From positions 449,988 to 513,987 of the forward strand of contig CAWBGG010000002.1 in assembly GCA_963788205.1 (NCBI GenBank): a stretch of DNA of 64,000 nt. Direction: 5' to 3'. Numbering within the stretch: position 1 is the stretch's first letter; every line of letters begins with the position of its first letter. Under the pieces are notes generated by a model, which saw nothing but the letters and a program-made list of their open reading frames with translations, made no database searches and was not told where the DNA came from. Origin of the DNA: an uncultured delta proteobacterium (GTDB lineage Bacteria > Desulfobacterota > Binatia > Binatales > Binataceae). Below are positions 1-9,293 of this stretch, one piece after another. The position numbers and the translations under genes are program-made.

Positions 1-1002
1 TCGCGGACGGCTCCAGCGCGGCGTCCTTGAGCGCGCGCCGGCAACAGTCGAGGGTCCGCTCCACCAGAGGGGCGGCCATCCGTTCGAACTCGTCGCGAGT
101 GAGCGTTTTGCGCACCGTATGGCCGGGAAGCGCGAGTTCAATGCCGGTGCGTGGCAGCGAGCTCGAGCTGCTTCTTGGCGTCCTCGGCCGCGCGGCGGGC
201 GCTGTTCCAGACGCGGCGATCGCGCTTGAGCTCGTCGGACTCGCCCTCGAGGATGAAATCGAGCAGCGCGCGATCGATGTCGTCGCCGCCCAGATGCGTA
301 TCGCCGTTGGTGGCCAGCACTTCGAAGATTCCGCCCTTGATGCTGAGAATCGAGATGTCGAAAGTGCCGCCGCCGAAATCGTAGACCGCTACGTTGCCGG
401 TCGCGCGCTGTTCGAGTCCGTAGGCCAGCGACGCCGCGGTCGGCTCGTTGACCAATCGCACCACCTCGAGGCCGGCCAGGCGTCCCGCGTCTTTGGTCGC
501 CTGCCGCTGCCCGTCGTTGAAGTAGGCCGGCACCGTGATAACGACGCGCCGGACTTCTTCCTTGAGCGCCGCTTCGGCGCGGGTTTTGAGCGCGCGCAGG
601 ATCTCGGCGGAGATCTGCGGCGGCGTGTAGACCCGCTTGCCAACCTGGAAACGCACGACCGGGCCGCTTAGGTCCGCGAAGGTGTAGCGCTGCCGATCTT
701 CCGCCGCCAGCTCGCCGCCGCCCAAGCCCATGTAGCGCTTGACAGAACGGACCACGGCGCCCTGCTCGCCACCGGGAAAGCCTGCCGGCGCTGATGGCTC
801 CGCCGCGCTCGGCCGACAGATGCGGTTCCATCTCGATCGCGGCTTCGCCGACTATCACGCGGCCGTCGGGCGCCAACGCAACTACCGAGGGCAGCAGCGC
901 ATCTTCCGTCACGGGATCGGAGATAACGCGCGGCGCCTTACCGTCGATGACGGCGATCAGGCTGTTGGTGGTGCCCAGGTCGATACCGAAAATACGCTCC
1001 AT
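1..1002 (-). CDS. hscA: Fe-S cluster chaperone HscA (Hsp70 family), 5' part; continues past the window start; reading frame broken twice (near 150-165 and near 780-830)
   Basis: Start [14 protein letters not shown] at 1002. Hsp70 motifs [44 protein letters not shown] and [17 protein letters not shown] lie in three different minus-strand frames. Last gene of the isc operon. Confidence 0.75.
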   Translation of the reverse strand, partial: MERIFGIDLGTTNSLIAVIDGKAPRVISDPVTEDALLPSVVALAPDGRVIVGEAAIEMEPHLSAERGGAISAGRLSRWRAGRRGPFCQALHGLGRRRAGGGRSAALHLRGPKRPGRAFPGWQAGLHAAADLRRDPARAQNPRRSGAQGRSPARRYHGAGLLQRRAAAGDQRRGTPGRPRGGAIGQRADRGVAGLRTRTARDRQRSGLRFRRRHFRHLDSQHQGRNLRSAGHQRRYASGRRRHRSRAARFHPRGRVRRAQARSPRLEQRPPRGRGRQEAARARCHAPALNSRFPAIRCAKRSLATSSNGWPPLWWSGPSTVAGARSRTPRWSRPR

Positions 1003-1017
1003 CTGGCTCCCGGATTT

Positions 1018-1226
1018 GGGTAGTGTCTCAGCTTGAGAGGGCTCGCGAGTGGGGTGAGCAGAAGAAGATCCGGGATTCCTCGCGCGGCAGCCACGCGCGG
1101 GAATGACAGAAAAAGCTTGTCCCGTTGTCATTCTCGCGCGTCTGTGTTGCCTGGCGCGCGAAGAATCCCGAATCCTTTCTTCCACCTGCCGACACTGTCT
1201 TCAAGGCCATACTGAGACACTACCCG
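1018..1226. mobile_element. MITE-like element, copy 1 (outer TIR GGGTAGTGTCTCAG / CTGAGACACTACCC; internal doublet of inverted hairpin units) in the hscB-hscA spacer
   Basis: Terminal inverted repeats are directly visible. About 95% identical to the copy at 12984-13190. The internal arms are the same unit that flanks the GIY-YIG gene at 14433-14858. Confidence 0.6.
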
Positions 1227-1310
1227 AATTTGGCTGCGCCGCGCTCTCAAAGCGCTGCACTTCGTCTCAGATTACGCTGCGATCAGTGATTCGTTTCACG
1301 GCGATCTGTT

Positions 1311-1949
1311 TCAAGCAGTGCGCCCCGCCTCCAGCCCGCGATCGACGTCGCGAATCAACGTGCGGAGATATGCGATACGGGAAAGGATGCTCTTGAGCTC
1401 GGTGAGCGTCGCGCATCGGTCTTCGTGTCCGTCAGAATTCTGATCCCAGCGCGCAAAGTTTTGCGCGAGCTCATCATTCGCATCCGTCATCAGGCCGTGC
1501 AGCTCCGCGCGCCGGCGGCCGATAGCCGCGGCGACGCCGTCGCCGGGCGCGCCGCGCAGCTCAGCGATTTGCTCCTGCACCTCAAAGACCAGTTCGGCGA
1601 TTTCGGGCGGCACGCGCTGGTTATTCTCCGCCAGCTTTTCGCCGTTCAATTCGAGCCAGTAAAGCCCACGGCTCACGGGATCGCGAAGCGTGCGGTAACT
1701 ACGCGTGAGCAGGGCGGTGGCCTGCAAGCTCGCCGCGCGCATGGGCCCGGGACTCGAAGCGAAGCGATCGGGATGGAGCCGGCGGCCCAGCTCATGATAG
1801 GCGTGCTCGAGCAGATTGAGATCGATCGTGAGCCGGCGCGGCAGGCCCAGCGCGGCGAAGCAGTCCAGATCAGCCGCGATCGGCGCGCCGCATTCGGGAC
1901 AGATTAGGCACGGCTCGCAGCGCCGTGCGCATGAGGGGCATTGCAGCAT
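1311..1949 (-). CDS. hscB: Co-chaperone HscB (J-domain, HPD motif) with an N-terminal CxxC-x-CxxC cysteine-rich extension
   Basis: LHPDRF J-domain motif; position between iscA and hscA; N-terminal CPSCARRCEPCLICPEC. Confidence 0.8.
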   Translation of the reverse strand: MLQCPSCARRCEPCLICPECGAPIAADLDCFAALGLPRRLTIDLNLLEHAYHELGRRLHPDRFASSPGPMRAASLQATALLTRSYRTLRDPVSRGLYWLELNGEKLAENNQRVPPEIAELVFEVQEQIAELRGAPGDGVAAAIGRRRAELHGLMTDANDELAQNFARWDQNSDGHEDRCATLTELKSILSRIAYLRTLIRDVDRGLEAGRTA

Positions 1950-1973
1950 GCGCTCGCTTCCACATCCGCTCGC

Positions 1974-2294
1974 TCACACGGTGAACGACTCACCGCATCC
2001 GCAAGCACGCTTCACGTTGGGGTTCACGAGCTTGAATCCCGACGCCATCAGCTCTTCGGCGTAATCGAGCTCCGAGCCGTTGAGGTACAAGAAGCTCTTC
2101 TTGTCCACGATCAGACGCGCGCCGTCACGCTCGAAAATCTTGTCGCGCTCCTTGGCCGCGTCGATTTCCATGCGGTACTGCAGGCCCGAGCATCCGCCGC
2201 CCACGACTTTTACGCGCAGGCCGGCGTCGGGCCGGTCGGCGACCAGTTGCTTGATCCGGCTGGCCGCCCGTTCAGATAGCGAAACGGTCGCCAC
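1974..2294 (-). CDS. iscA: Fe-S cluster insertion protein IscA (HesB family)
   Basis: C-terminal CGCGESF motif; size 106 aa; operon context. Confidence 0.85.
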   Translation of the reverse strand: MATVSLSERAASRIKQLVADRPDAGLRVKVVGGGCSGLQYRMEIDAAKERDKIFERDGARLIVDKKSFLYLNGSELDYAEELMASGFKLVNPNVKRACGCGESFTV

Positions 2295-2300
2295 GTTCGT

Positions 2301-2717
2301 TCACCCCTGCGCGGCTTTGTCGGCCGGACCGGTGTCGGCGCTCTTGCGCTTCTTCCAGTCCGTGATCGCAGCCTTGATCGCGTCTTCGGCGAGCACCGAG
2401 CAATGGATCTTGACCGGCGGCAGGTTCAGCTCCTTGACGATCGAGGTGTTCTTGATCGCCATCGCCTCGTTGATGCGCTTGCCCTTGACCAGCTCGGTTA
2501 CGTAGCTGGAGCTGGCGATAGCGCTGCCGCATCCGAAGGTCTTGAAGCGCGCATCCTCGATCACGCCGTCATCGCTGATCTTGAGCTGGAGCTTCATCAC
2601 GTCGCCGCATTCGGGCGCGCCCACCACGCCGGTGCCGACGTTGGCCTCGTCCTTGGCGAAGCTGCCCACGTTGCGAGGGTTGTTGTAGTGATCGAGCACC
2701 TTGTCTGAATAAGCCAT
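2301..2717 (-). CDS. iscU: Fe-S cluster scaffold IscU
   Basis: LDHYNNPRNVG, GAPECGDVM and HCSVLAEDAIKAAI motifs. Confidence 0.9.
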   Translation of the reverse strand: MAYSDKVLDHYNNPRNVGSFAKDEANVGTGVVGAPECGDVMKLQLKISDDGVIEDARFKTFGCGSAIASSSYVTELVKGKRINEAMAIKNTSIVKELNLPPVKIHCSVLAEDAIKAAITDWKKRKSADTGPADKAAQG

Positions 2718-2747
2718 CGTTACCCTCCGCCAGCCTGAATCTTTATC

Positions 2748-3971
2748 CTACTCGGCCTTCCATTGGACCGATTTGAGATCGATGCCTTCCTTGGCCATTT
2801 CGTACAGCGGCGACATCTCGCGCAGCCGCTTGACTTCCTTGGAGACCCGTTCGGTCACGAAATCGACTTCCTCTTCGGTGTTGAAGCGGCCCAAGCCGAA
2901 CCGGATTGAGCTGTGCGCCAACTCCTCATCGACACCGAGCGCGCGAATCACGTAAGACGGCTCCAGCGTGGCCGAAGTGCAGGCCGAGCCCGAGCTGACC
3001 GCGATGTCGTTGATGCCCATCAGGAGCGACTCACCCTCCACGTACGCGAAGCTCACGTTGAGATTGCCGGGCAAGCGTTCTGTTGGGTGGCCGTTCAAGT
3101 AGACCTCGTCGAGGCGCTCGAAAATCCCGGCTTGCAGCTTGTCGCGCAGCTCGATCAGGCGCCGGGTCTCGTCCGGCATTTCCCTGCCCGCGATTTCGCA
3201 GGCCGCTCCGAAGCCGACAATCCCGGTGACGTTGAGCGTGCCGGAGCGCATCCCGCGCTCGTGCCCACCGCCGTCCATCGTGGCCGTGAGCCGCACGCGC
3301 GGCCCTTTGGAGCGCACGTAGAGCGCGCCCACGCCCTTGGGACCATAAATCTTGTGCGCGCTCATCGACATCAGGTCGATTCCGGCCTTATCGACGTCAA
3401 TGGGGATCTTGCCGACGCCCTGGGTCGCGTCGCTGTGAAAGACGATTCCTTTCTCTTTGGCGATCTTGCCGATCTCCGCGATCCGATGGATCGTGCCGAT
3501 TTCGTTATTGGCGTACATGATCGAGATCAGCATGGTCTTGTCTGTGATCGCCTTGCGCACATCGTCGGGATCGACCATCCCGTACTTGTTGACCGGCAGA
3601 TAGGTGACGGTCGCCTTGCCCTGGCGCTCGAGCGCGCGGCAACTGTCGAGAATCGCCTTGTGCTCCGTGACGCAGGTGATGACGTGGTTGCCCTTGTCTT
3701 TGTAGAATTCGACCACGCCCTTGAGCGCCAGATTGTCCGACTCGGTCGCGCCGCTGGTGAAGACGACTTCCTTGGCCTTGGCGTGGATCAGAGCGGCGAT
3801 CTGCTCGCGCGCACGATCGACCGCCTCTTCCGCCGCCCATCCGAAGCTATGGTTGCGGCTGGCGGCATTGCCGAACTTCTCGGTGAAGTACGGCATCATC
3901 GCCTTGATCACCCGCGGATCGGCCGGGGTCGTGGCGTGATTGTCCATGTAAATCGGCAGCTTAACCATCAC
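2748..3971 (-). CDS. iscS: Cysteine desulfurase IscS
   Basis: 407 aa; SSGSACTS active-site loop; PLP-lysine region [10 protein letters not shown]; full-length class V aminotransferase fold. Confidence 0.9.
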   Translation of the reverse strand: MMVKLPIYMDNHATTPADPRVIKAMMPYFTEKFGNAASRNHSFGWAAEEAVDRAREQIAALIHAKAKEVVFTSGATESDNLALKGVVEFYKDKGNHVITCVTEHKAILDSCRALERQGKATVTYLPVNKYGMVDPDDVRKAITDKTMLISIMYANNEIGTIHRIAEIGKIAKEKGIVFHSDATQGVGKIPIDVDKAGIDLMSMSAHKIYGPKGVGALYVRSKGPRVRLTATMDGGGHERGMRSGTLNVTGIVGFGAACEIAGREMPDETRRLIELRDKLQAGIFERLDEVYLNGHPTERLPGNLNVSFAYVEGESLLMGINDIAVSSGSACTSATLEPSYVIRALGVDEELAHSSIRFGLGRFNTEEEVDFVTERVSKEVKRLREMSPLYEMAKEGIDLKSVQWKAE

Positions 3972-4023
3972 AGGCTCTCCGGTTCCGTCCTCTTCGCCCG
4001 ATAATTGTGGACCTGCTAGGTAT

Positions 4024-4050
4024 ACTATAGCCGAGGGGTCAGGATGTCAA
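4024..4050 (-). promoter_or_regulatory. Sigma70-like promoter upstream of iscS (-35 TTGACA, -10 TATAGT/TAGTAT read on the minus strand)
   Basis: Reverse complement reads ttgacatcctgacccctcggctatagtat about 45-75 bp upstream of the iscS start. Confidence 0.4.
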
Positions 4051-4171
4051 CCAAATTGCGAGCTGCTCAGCCTCCCTCCAGCCATAGCAGACTTATTTAG
4101 TCAACTAAAGACATTCGCCTTGATTGTCAAGGGGAAAGTGGACCTGTCTCGGCGGTCAAGTGCGACCGCGG

Positions 4172-4681
4172 CTAGGGCTGCCGCCGCGGTTTTAACACCA
4201 GGCGGCGCTCCTCGTTCCAGTCCTCGAAACCCAGCTTGTGCCAAGCCGCGGAGCCGATCCAGTTGCGATGGAGCACACCCAGCGTGACCACCGTGATGCC
4301 CTGGCCGCGGAACCAATCGTAGGCGAGTTCGAGCATCGGCTGCATTAGCCCCTTTCCGCGCCACGCCTCTTCCATGAAAGCGTTGCTGATGTATCCGGTG
4401 ACCTTGGGCAGGTACCCCTGGCGCTGGCGATGGAGCCGCACCCAGAGGTAGCCGACGAGCTTGCCGTCACCCGCGCCATCTTGCAGATGCTCGGCGACCC
4501 AGATCGCATGATGGTCGCGATGGAGAATGAGCTTCATCCAGTTGGGCGCGTCGCGGATCTCGTCCCAATCGACCCGGATGCGATCGTCCACCGCCTCGTG
4601 ATAGGCGCCGATCGCGGCGAGTAATCGGGCCAGCTCGGGGATATCGCCGTCGCGTGCGGGCCTGATTTGGACGTCCAGCAT
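4172..4681 (-). CDS. GNAT family N-acetyltransferase
   Basis: 169 aa; typical acetyl-CoA binding segment QGYLPKVTGYISNAFMEEAWRGKGLMQPML. Confidence 0.7.
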   Translation of the reverse strand: MLDVQIRPARDGDIPELARLLAAIGAYHEAVDDRIRVDWDEIRDAPNWMKLILHRDHHAIWVAEHLQDGAGDGKLVGYLWVRLHRQRQGYLPKVTGYISNAFMEEAWRGKGLMQPMLELAYDWFRGQGITVVTLGVLHRNWIGSAAWHKLGFEDWNEERRLVLKPRRQP

Positions 4682-4691
4682 TGAGTATCGA

Positions 4692-4982
4692 CTATTGCTG
4701 GTCGAAGTTGACCTGCAGCAGCTTGCCTTCCGAGCGTATCGACTTCAGCGCCGCTTCGCGAAGCTGCTCGAATTGGCGTTCGATCCAGGGCGCGAGCCGT
4801 TTTTCAATGAAGCCTTCCGAGGTTAGCGCGCGATCAGCAACGACGCATCGAAAGGTGATCCGCTCGATACCGTCGGCGCGCTCGAGACTGAGCGTAATTA
4901 CTGCTCCGCTATCGGATCGCACGCGCTCGCCAATCGCGCTGAGCAGGTACACACCGCGCGGGGTTTGCAATCGCGCCGGCAA
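4692..4982 (-). CDS. Hypothetical protein (96 aa), 10 bp upstream of the GNAT gene
   Basis: ORF only; no recognisable motif; coding-like codon usage. Confidence 0.4.
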   Translation of the reverse strand: MPARLQTPRGVYLLSAIGERVRSDSGAVITLSLERADGIERITFRCVVADRALTSEGFIEKRLAPWIERQFEQLREAALKSIRSEGKLLQVNFDQQ

Positions 4983-5012
4983 GGTTTTTCCCCGGCGGGC
5001 CGCAACCGAGCG

Positions 5013-5966
5013 CTATGCCGCGCCGCGACTGGCCGACGCCGGGCGCGCGACCGGGCGCTTTGCGGTTCCGCGCCCCTCCCAGAACAGCACCACCGGACCC
5101 GCGATATAGATCGACGAGTAGGTGCCCGTGATTACGCCGATCAGGAGCGTGAAAGCCGACGGCCTCAGGATCGGTCCGCCGAGCGAGACCAGCGCGATCA
5201 GCACGGTCATCGCGGTGCCGGAGGTCAGCAAAGTGCGCGAGAGGGTCTCGTTGATGGCGCGATTCATGATCTCGCTGAGCGGCTCGCGGCGGCGCTTGGC
5301 GGCGTCTTCGCGAATCCGATCGGAGACGATAATCGTATCGTGCACCGAATAGCCGATCACGGTCAGCAGCGCGGCCAGCGTGGTGAGGTCGAACTGAAGC
5401 TGCGCGACCACCAGTGCGCCGATAACCACCAGCACGTCATGGATCAGCGCGATCACCGCGCCGGCGCCGAAACTCCAACTGACGCCGCGGAACTGAATCG
5501 CGATGAAAATCCCCATGAAGACGGTGGCAACCACAATGGCGAGGATCGCGTCGCGGCGCAGGTCCTTGCCGACCTTGGCGCCGACGGTCTCAACCCGCAT
5601 CACTTCGGCCACCTTGTTGCCGTAGGCCCGGTCGAGCGCGCCCTCCAGGTTGGTGGTGAGCCCCTTGCTGTCCTTGGCGGTTTCGAAGCGGATCAGGAAT
5701 TCGCGCTTGGCCTGGCCGAAGTCCTGGACCGTGACCTCGCCCAGCCCCAGCGGCGCCAGCGCGTTGCGGATCGCGCCGCCGTCGGTGTCGCGGCTGACGC
5801 GCACCTGCACCACGCTGCCGCCCACGAAATCAACGCCGTAGTTCAAGCCGACGAAGATCAGCAACAGCAGCGCAGCGATGTTGATCAGGGTCGAAAGCCC
5901 GACAAAAAAGTAGCGCTTGCCGACGAAATCGAGATTGATATCGGGACGGATGAACTGCATTGCCAT
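5013..5966 (-). CDS. secF: Protein translocase subunit SecF
   Basis: 317 aa; conserved SecF TM pattern INLDFVGKRYFF...GVDFVGG...FDLTTLAALLTVIGYSVHDTIIV. Confidence 0.85.
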   Translation of the reverse strand: MAMQFIRPDINLDFVGKRYFFVGLSTLINIAALLLLIFVGLNYGVDFVGGSVVQVRVSRDTDGGAIRNALAPLGLGEVTVQDFGQAKREFLIRFETAKDSKGLTTNLEGALDRAYGNKVAEVMRVETVGAKVGKDLRRDAILAIVVATVFMGIFIAIQFRGVSWSFGAGAVIALIHDVLVVIGALVVAQLQFDLTTLAALLTVIGYSVHDTIIVSDRIREDAAKRRREPLSEIMNRAINETLSRTLLTSGTAMTVLIALVSLGGPILRPSAFTLLIGVITGTYSSIYIAGPVVLFWEGRGTAKRPVARPASASRGAA

Positions 5967-6067
5967 CAGGGTTTCTCGATGCTGCGGCGGCGTCCGGAGC
6001 GCAACAGAACAGCATTAGCGGTTCGGAGGGTCAAATGAAAGAAGGTCGAAGACCCCCGCGATTCCCG

Positions 6068-7024
6068 CTAATCCGCAGCCGCACGTTTCGGTTGCCATTG
6101 CTCGAGAGTGCCTGGGAGGTCCTTGAGGTTTCGAAGAAGCGCCGTGTTCATTCGCTCGCCAAGGTGCGCCGCCCCCAGCGCATGGTGGCAAGCCTTCTCG
6201 GTAACCACGACGTCGCAGTATGGGACCGCCACCGACATGGCGTCGATGTCGTAGATATCGTTCGCGGTCCACCGCTTGTCCCGGTTGCGGTGCCACGCCG
6301 TCTTCAATTCGATCGAGACCTCGGTACTCGGCATTGCGCGAACGAACGCGTTAGCCGATTGTCGATTCGAGATCACGTCGGAGAGCACAAGACCCCGCTC
6401 TGCCAAGGCACGCGGGAGGATTTCCTGGAACTCGATAAGGAGTTCCCGCGCGGACATCACATCGCGCAGCCTCTCTCGCCGCCATGGACCTGCGCCGTCG
6501 AGTCGAAGGGTCTGCGCTCGCTCCTCAGCGGCTCGCCTCTCTGCTACCTGCGTGACAGCTTCAGGCCTCCAGCCTCGCACACGTAGGTCCTCGACCTCGT
6601 TGTCGGTCGGGCCTCGAAGTGCAAATCGCTCGAGAAGCCGGATCTCCCGAGCCTCGAAATCGTCGAACGCCCCTGCCCCCACACGCTCGCGCAGGCGGCC
6701 CGTCTCGTCCCCGGAAGGCCCCACGATTCTCAATCCTCTACGTATACCGATGGTGTGCTGGACCCCTTGTCCGATGAGGGCGGCCGTTGGCAGCGGGCTC
6801 GGCGTGCTCGCGAACCGGTCGAGCATTGCCGCGAGTTCGAAATCCATGACGACCGTGCGACTGACGAGCGTCGCGAAGTCAGTTAGTTCTTCCATCAAAT
6901 CGGCAAGTGCTCGACGCTGCGCCGGATTCTTTATCTTGAGCATCTCCATGTAGTGGGTGCCCGAGAGAACGAACACGGCGGTAGCCCCCGAGCGTGCCGC
7001 ACGGCAGGCCTCAAGTGCTCTCAC
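6068..7024 (-). CDS. Uncharacterised soluble protein (318 aa) occupying the position where secD is expected; GTG start; frame open upstream to about 7110
   Basis: Long ORF with coding-like codon usage; no recognisable family. Confidence 0.5.
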   Translation of the reverse strand: MRALEACRAARSGATAVFVLSGTHYMEMLKIKNPAQRRALADLMEELTDFATLVSRTVVMDFELAAMLDRFASTPSPLPTAALIGQGVQHTIGIRRGLRIVGPSGDETGRLRERVGAGAFDDFEAREIRLLERFALRGPTDNEVEDLRVRGWRPEAVTQVAERRAAEERAQTLRLDGAGPWRRERLRDVMSARELLIEFQEILPRALAERGLVLSDVISNRQSANAFVRAMPSTEVSIELKTAWHRNRDKRWTANDIYDIDAMSVAVPYCDVVVTEKACHHALGAAHLGERMNTALLRNLKDLPGTLEQWQPKRAAAD

Positions 7025-7280
7025 GAACGAACTGCCCTTTGAGTCACCGACGGACGCCTGCGCCAGATATATCCAGTGGTTAAGGTCAAGGTAGACGACA
7101 TTTGCGCTCCCCGATGGCAGGCTCTAGCAGGCGAGGCCACACAAGAGCAGGCGGTTCATCTCTCATACCGGATTGGGGAAGCGCCGAGCTTCAATGCAGC
7201 AATCTTCGCAGAGGTCGATAGCGGAAGGGAGGGCGCCTTCGCGCGTTCCCCAGAAAAGAGCGATCAAGCCGGGAGCCGGT

Positions 7281-7622
7281 TCACGCGGCGGCGGTCCGCG
7301 ACTTGGCGCACTTGCCGCATACGTTGCGCTCGTTGGTGGGATCTTCGGTCAAGCCGTCGTCGAGCGAATGGCACACGGTCAGGCACTTGGCGCAGATGAA
7401 GTAGATGCCCTCGATAGTCTTGTTGATCCGCTCGCGATTGAGGATCCGCCCGCGCAACTTCTCGATCCTGATGCCGAGCAGTTCCGCATACTGGCGCTTG
7501 ATCTTGCGGCGGCAGGCTTCGTCTTTGGGGAGATCGCTGTCGTCTTCGGCATCCTCGGGTGCGTCGCCGAAGCCAGCGTAAAGGTCCCGTTTGGATGACT
7601 TGCTCTTACGAGCTCTGGCCAT
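7281..7622 (-). CDS. DksA/TraR-family C4 zinc-finger protein
   Basis: C-terminal CAKCLTVCHS...NVCGKCAKS C4 finger; N-terminal acidic coiled-coil-like region. Confidence 0.6.
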   Translation of the reverse strand: MARARKSKSSKRDLYAGFGDAPEDAEDDSDLPKDEACRRKIKRQYAELLGIRIEKLRGRILNRERINKTIEGIYFICAKCLTVCHSLDDGLTEDPTNERNVCGKCAKSRTAAA

Positions 7623-7727
7623 CGCTGCGAACCTCCTGATGCGATTGCAACCTACCGGCCGTGAAGTCCGGCCACGCGTCGGGGGAATTATGCGTGAGCA
7701 TCACCGGCTGCGCTGAGGAAACGGCCA

Positions 7728-7898
7728 CTAGCGCGTGCGGGCCGTGTAGCCGCAATTCTTGTCGCAGACCCAGAAAAATCCGCGGCGCCCGAAACCCGCG
7801 TACATCATCACCTTGCTGTCGGCGCCGCAATTCGGGCACGAATGCTTGCGGACCGCGTCGCCGCCTTTTTCCGCCGTCTTGGCTTTCTTTTCCGCCAT
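7728..7898 (-). CDS. Small zinc-ribbon protein (56 aa; two CxxC pairs), below the 60-aa cut-off of the ORF track
   Basis: Manual translation: MAEKKAKTAEKGGDAVRKHSCPNCGADSKVMMYAGFGRRGFFWVCDKNCGYTARTR. Confidence 0.5.
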   Translation of the reverse strand: MAEKKAKTAEKGGDAVRKHSCPNCGADSKVMMYAGFGRRGFFWVCDKNCGYTARTR

Positions 7899-8017
7899 GG
7901 TTGAGTGTGCGGCAGATTATAACGATGCCGCTATAGAAATCCAGACCAGGGAATCACCGCCGGGAAATTTCAGCCCCACGTCCTCATCAGCCTCGACACC
8001 TTACAGCCTAAACGTCC

Positions 8018-8968
8018 ATGCGAAGGGTAGTCAATAGATCGGCGACGCGGTTGCGCCCGCTCAGTTCCGCACCTAGCCTTAATCGGCCGGCCACGGCGAC
8101 GAATTTGGACTCCAGACTCAAAGCGAACGACGCCGTCCTGTTCATCGATCGCAAGGGCCGACGCTACCTGAAAATTCTGCGCCCCGGCCATCGAATCGAG
8201 ATTCGCGGCGAGATCCTCGCCGATCGGCTGCTGGAAATCGAAGAGGGCTCGCGCGTCAAGCTCAGCTCCGGCGAGACCTTCATCGTGCTGCGGCCGACTT
8301 ACGCCGACCTGATTCCCCATCTGCCGCGCAACGCCCAGGTGATCTATCCCAAAGATGCGGGCCCGCTTCTGATCTGGGGCGATGTCTTTCCGGGCGCGAC
8401 TGTGATCGAGGGCGGCACCGGCGCTGGCGCGCTCACGATCGCGTTGCTGCGCGCGGTCGGAGCGTCGGGCCGGTTGATTTCATACGAGTTGCGCGAGGAG
8501 TTCGCGGCCGCGGCGCGCAGAAATGTCGCGGCGTTTTTCGGCGACGCGCCCAACTGGACGCTCAAGCTGCGCGATCTTTATGAGGGCTTCGACGAGACCG
8601 GCGTCGACCGGCTGTTTATCGACCTGGCCGAGCCGGCGCGCGCGCTGGACGCGATCGCGCACGCGTTGCGCCCCGGCGGCGTGGTGGTTTGCTGGGTGCC
8701 GACCGCGATGCAACTCAAAGAGACCGCCGAGGCGCTTCAGTCGCGCCCCGACTTCGGCGAGGTTGAGAGCTTCGAGACGCTGCAACGGCATTGGCAGGTC
8801 AAGGGCCTGAGCGTCCGGCCGGTGCATCGGATGGTCGCGCATTCGGGATTCGCGATCGTGGCGCGGCGGCTCGCGGATGCGACGCTTCAGGTGGAAAGTT
8901 CAGCTTCGAGAGAGCCTAGCGAGGACCTCGCGATGGACGCGCCGCCCGACGACGATCCGGGAGAATGA
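8018..8968 (+). CDS. trmI: tRNA (adenine-N1)-methyltransferase TrmI (Gcd14 family)
   Basis: SAM-binding motif VIEGGTGAGALTIAL; family-typical N-terminal domain. Confidence 0.75.
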   Translation: MRRVVNRSATRLRPLSSAPSLNRPATATNLDSRLKANDAVLFIDRKGRRYLKILRPGHRIEIRGEILADRLLEIEEGSRVKLSSGETFIVLRPTYADLIPHLPRNAQVIYPKDAGPLLIWGDVFPGATVIEGGTGAGALTIALLRAVGASGRLISYELREEFAAAARRNVAAFFGDAPNWTLKLRDLYEGFDETGVDRLFIDLAEPARALDAIAHALRPGGVVVCWVPTAMQLKETAEALQSRPDFGEVESFETLQRHWQVKGLSVRPVHRMVAHSGFAIVARRLADATLQVESSASREPSEDLAMDAPPDDDPGE

Positions 8969-9293
8969 ACCTGATATCCACGCGCGCGCCAAGCGCGCCC
9001 GCGGTTCGGACCAGAGTGCGAATGGTCATATTCTGAAAGCGGCCCGATTCAAGTTTGGCGATCATGGGCTGACTTACGCCAACCCTCGCAGCCAACTGCG
9101 ACTGGCTGATCCTGCGCCTTGTCCTTAGGTCCGCGATTTTTTGCTGGAGCCTCAATCGATTGACTTCCTGATCAACGCCTTGGCGGATACCCCATTCGTC
9201 AATCATGTCATCCAGCCACTCTGAAAACGATCGGTCAGCTTTCGTCGCTGCTCGCATGTCCCACCTCGTCGAGAACCTCTGGTTGCTAGACAA
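8916..9293 (-). CDS. XRE-family HTH antitoxin (HigA-like)
   Basis: HTH SQSQLAARVGVSQPMIAKLESG; immediately downstream of, and overlapping, the toxin gene. Confidence 0.6.
   Translation of the reverse strand: MSSNQRFSTRWDMRAATKADRSFSEWLDDMIDEWGIRQGVDQEVNRLRLQQKIADLRTRRRISQSQLAARVGVSQPMIAKLESGRFQNMTIRTLVRTAGALGARVDIRFILPDRRRAARPSRGPR

Noticed and set aside
27-671. 214-aa + strand ORF
   Set aside because: Antisense to the clearly recognisable hscA coding sequence; the high GC content keeps the wrong frames open.
2913-4004. 363-aa + strand ORF
   Set aside because: Antisense to iscS.
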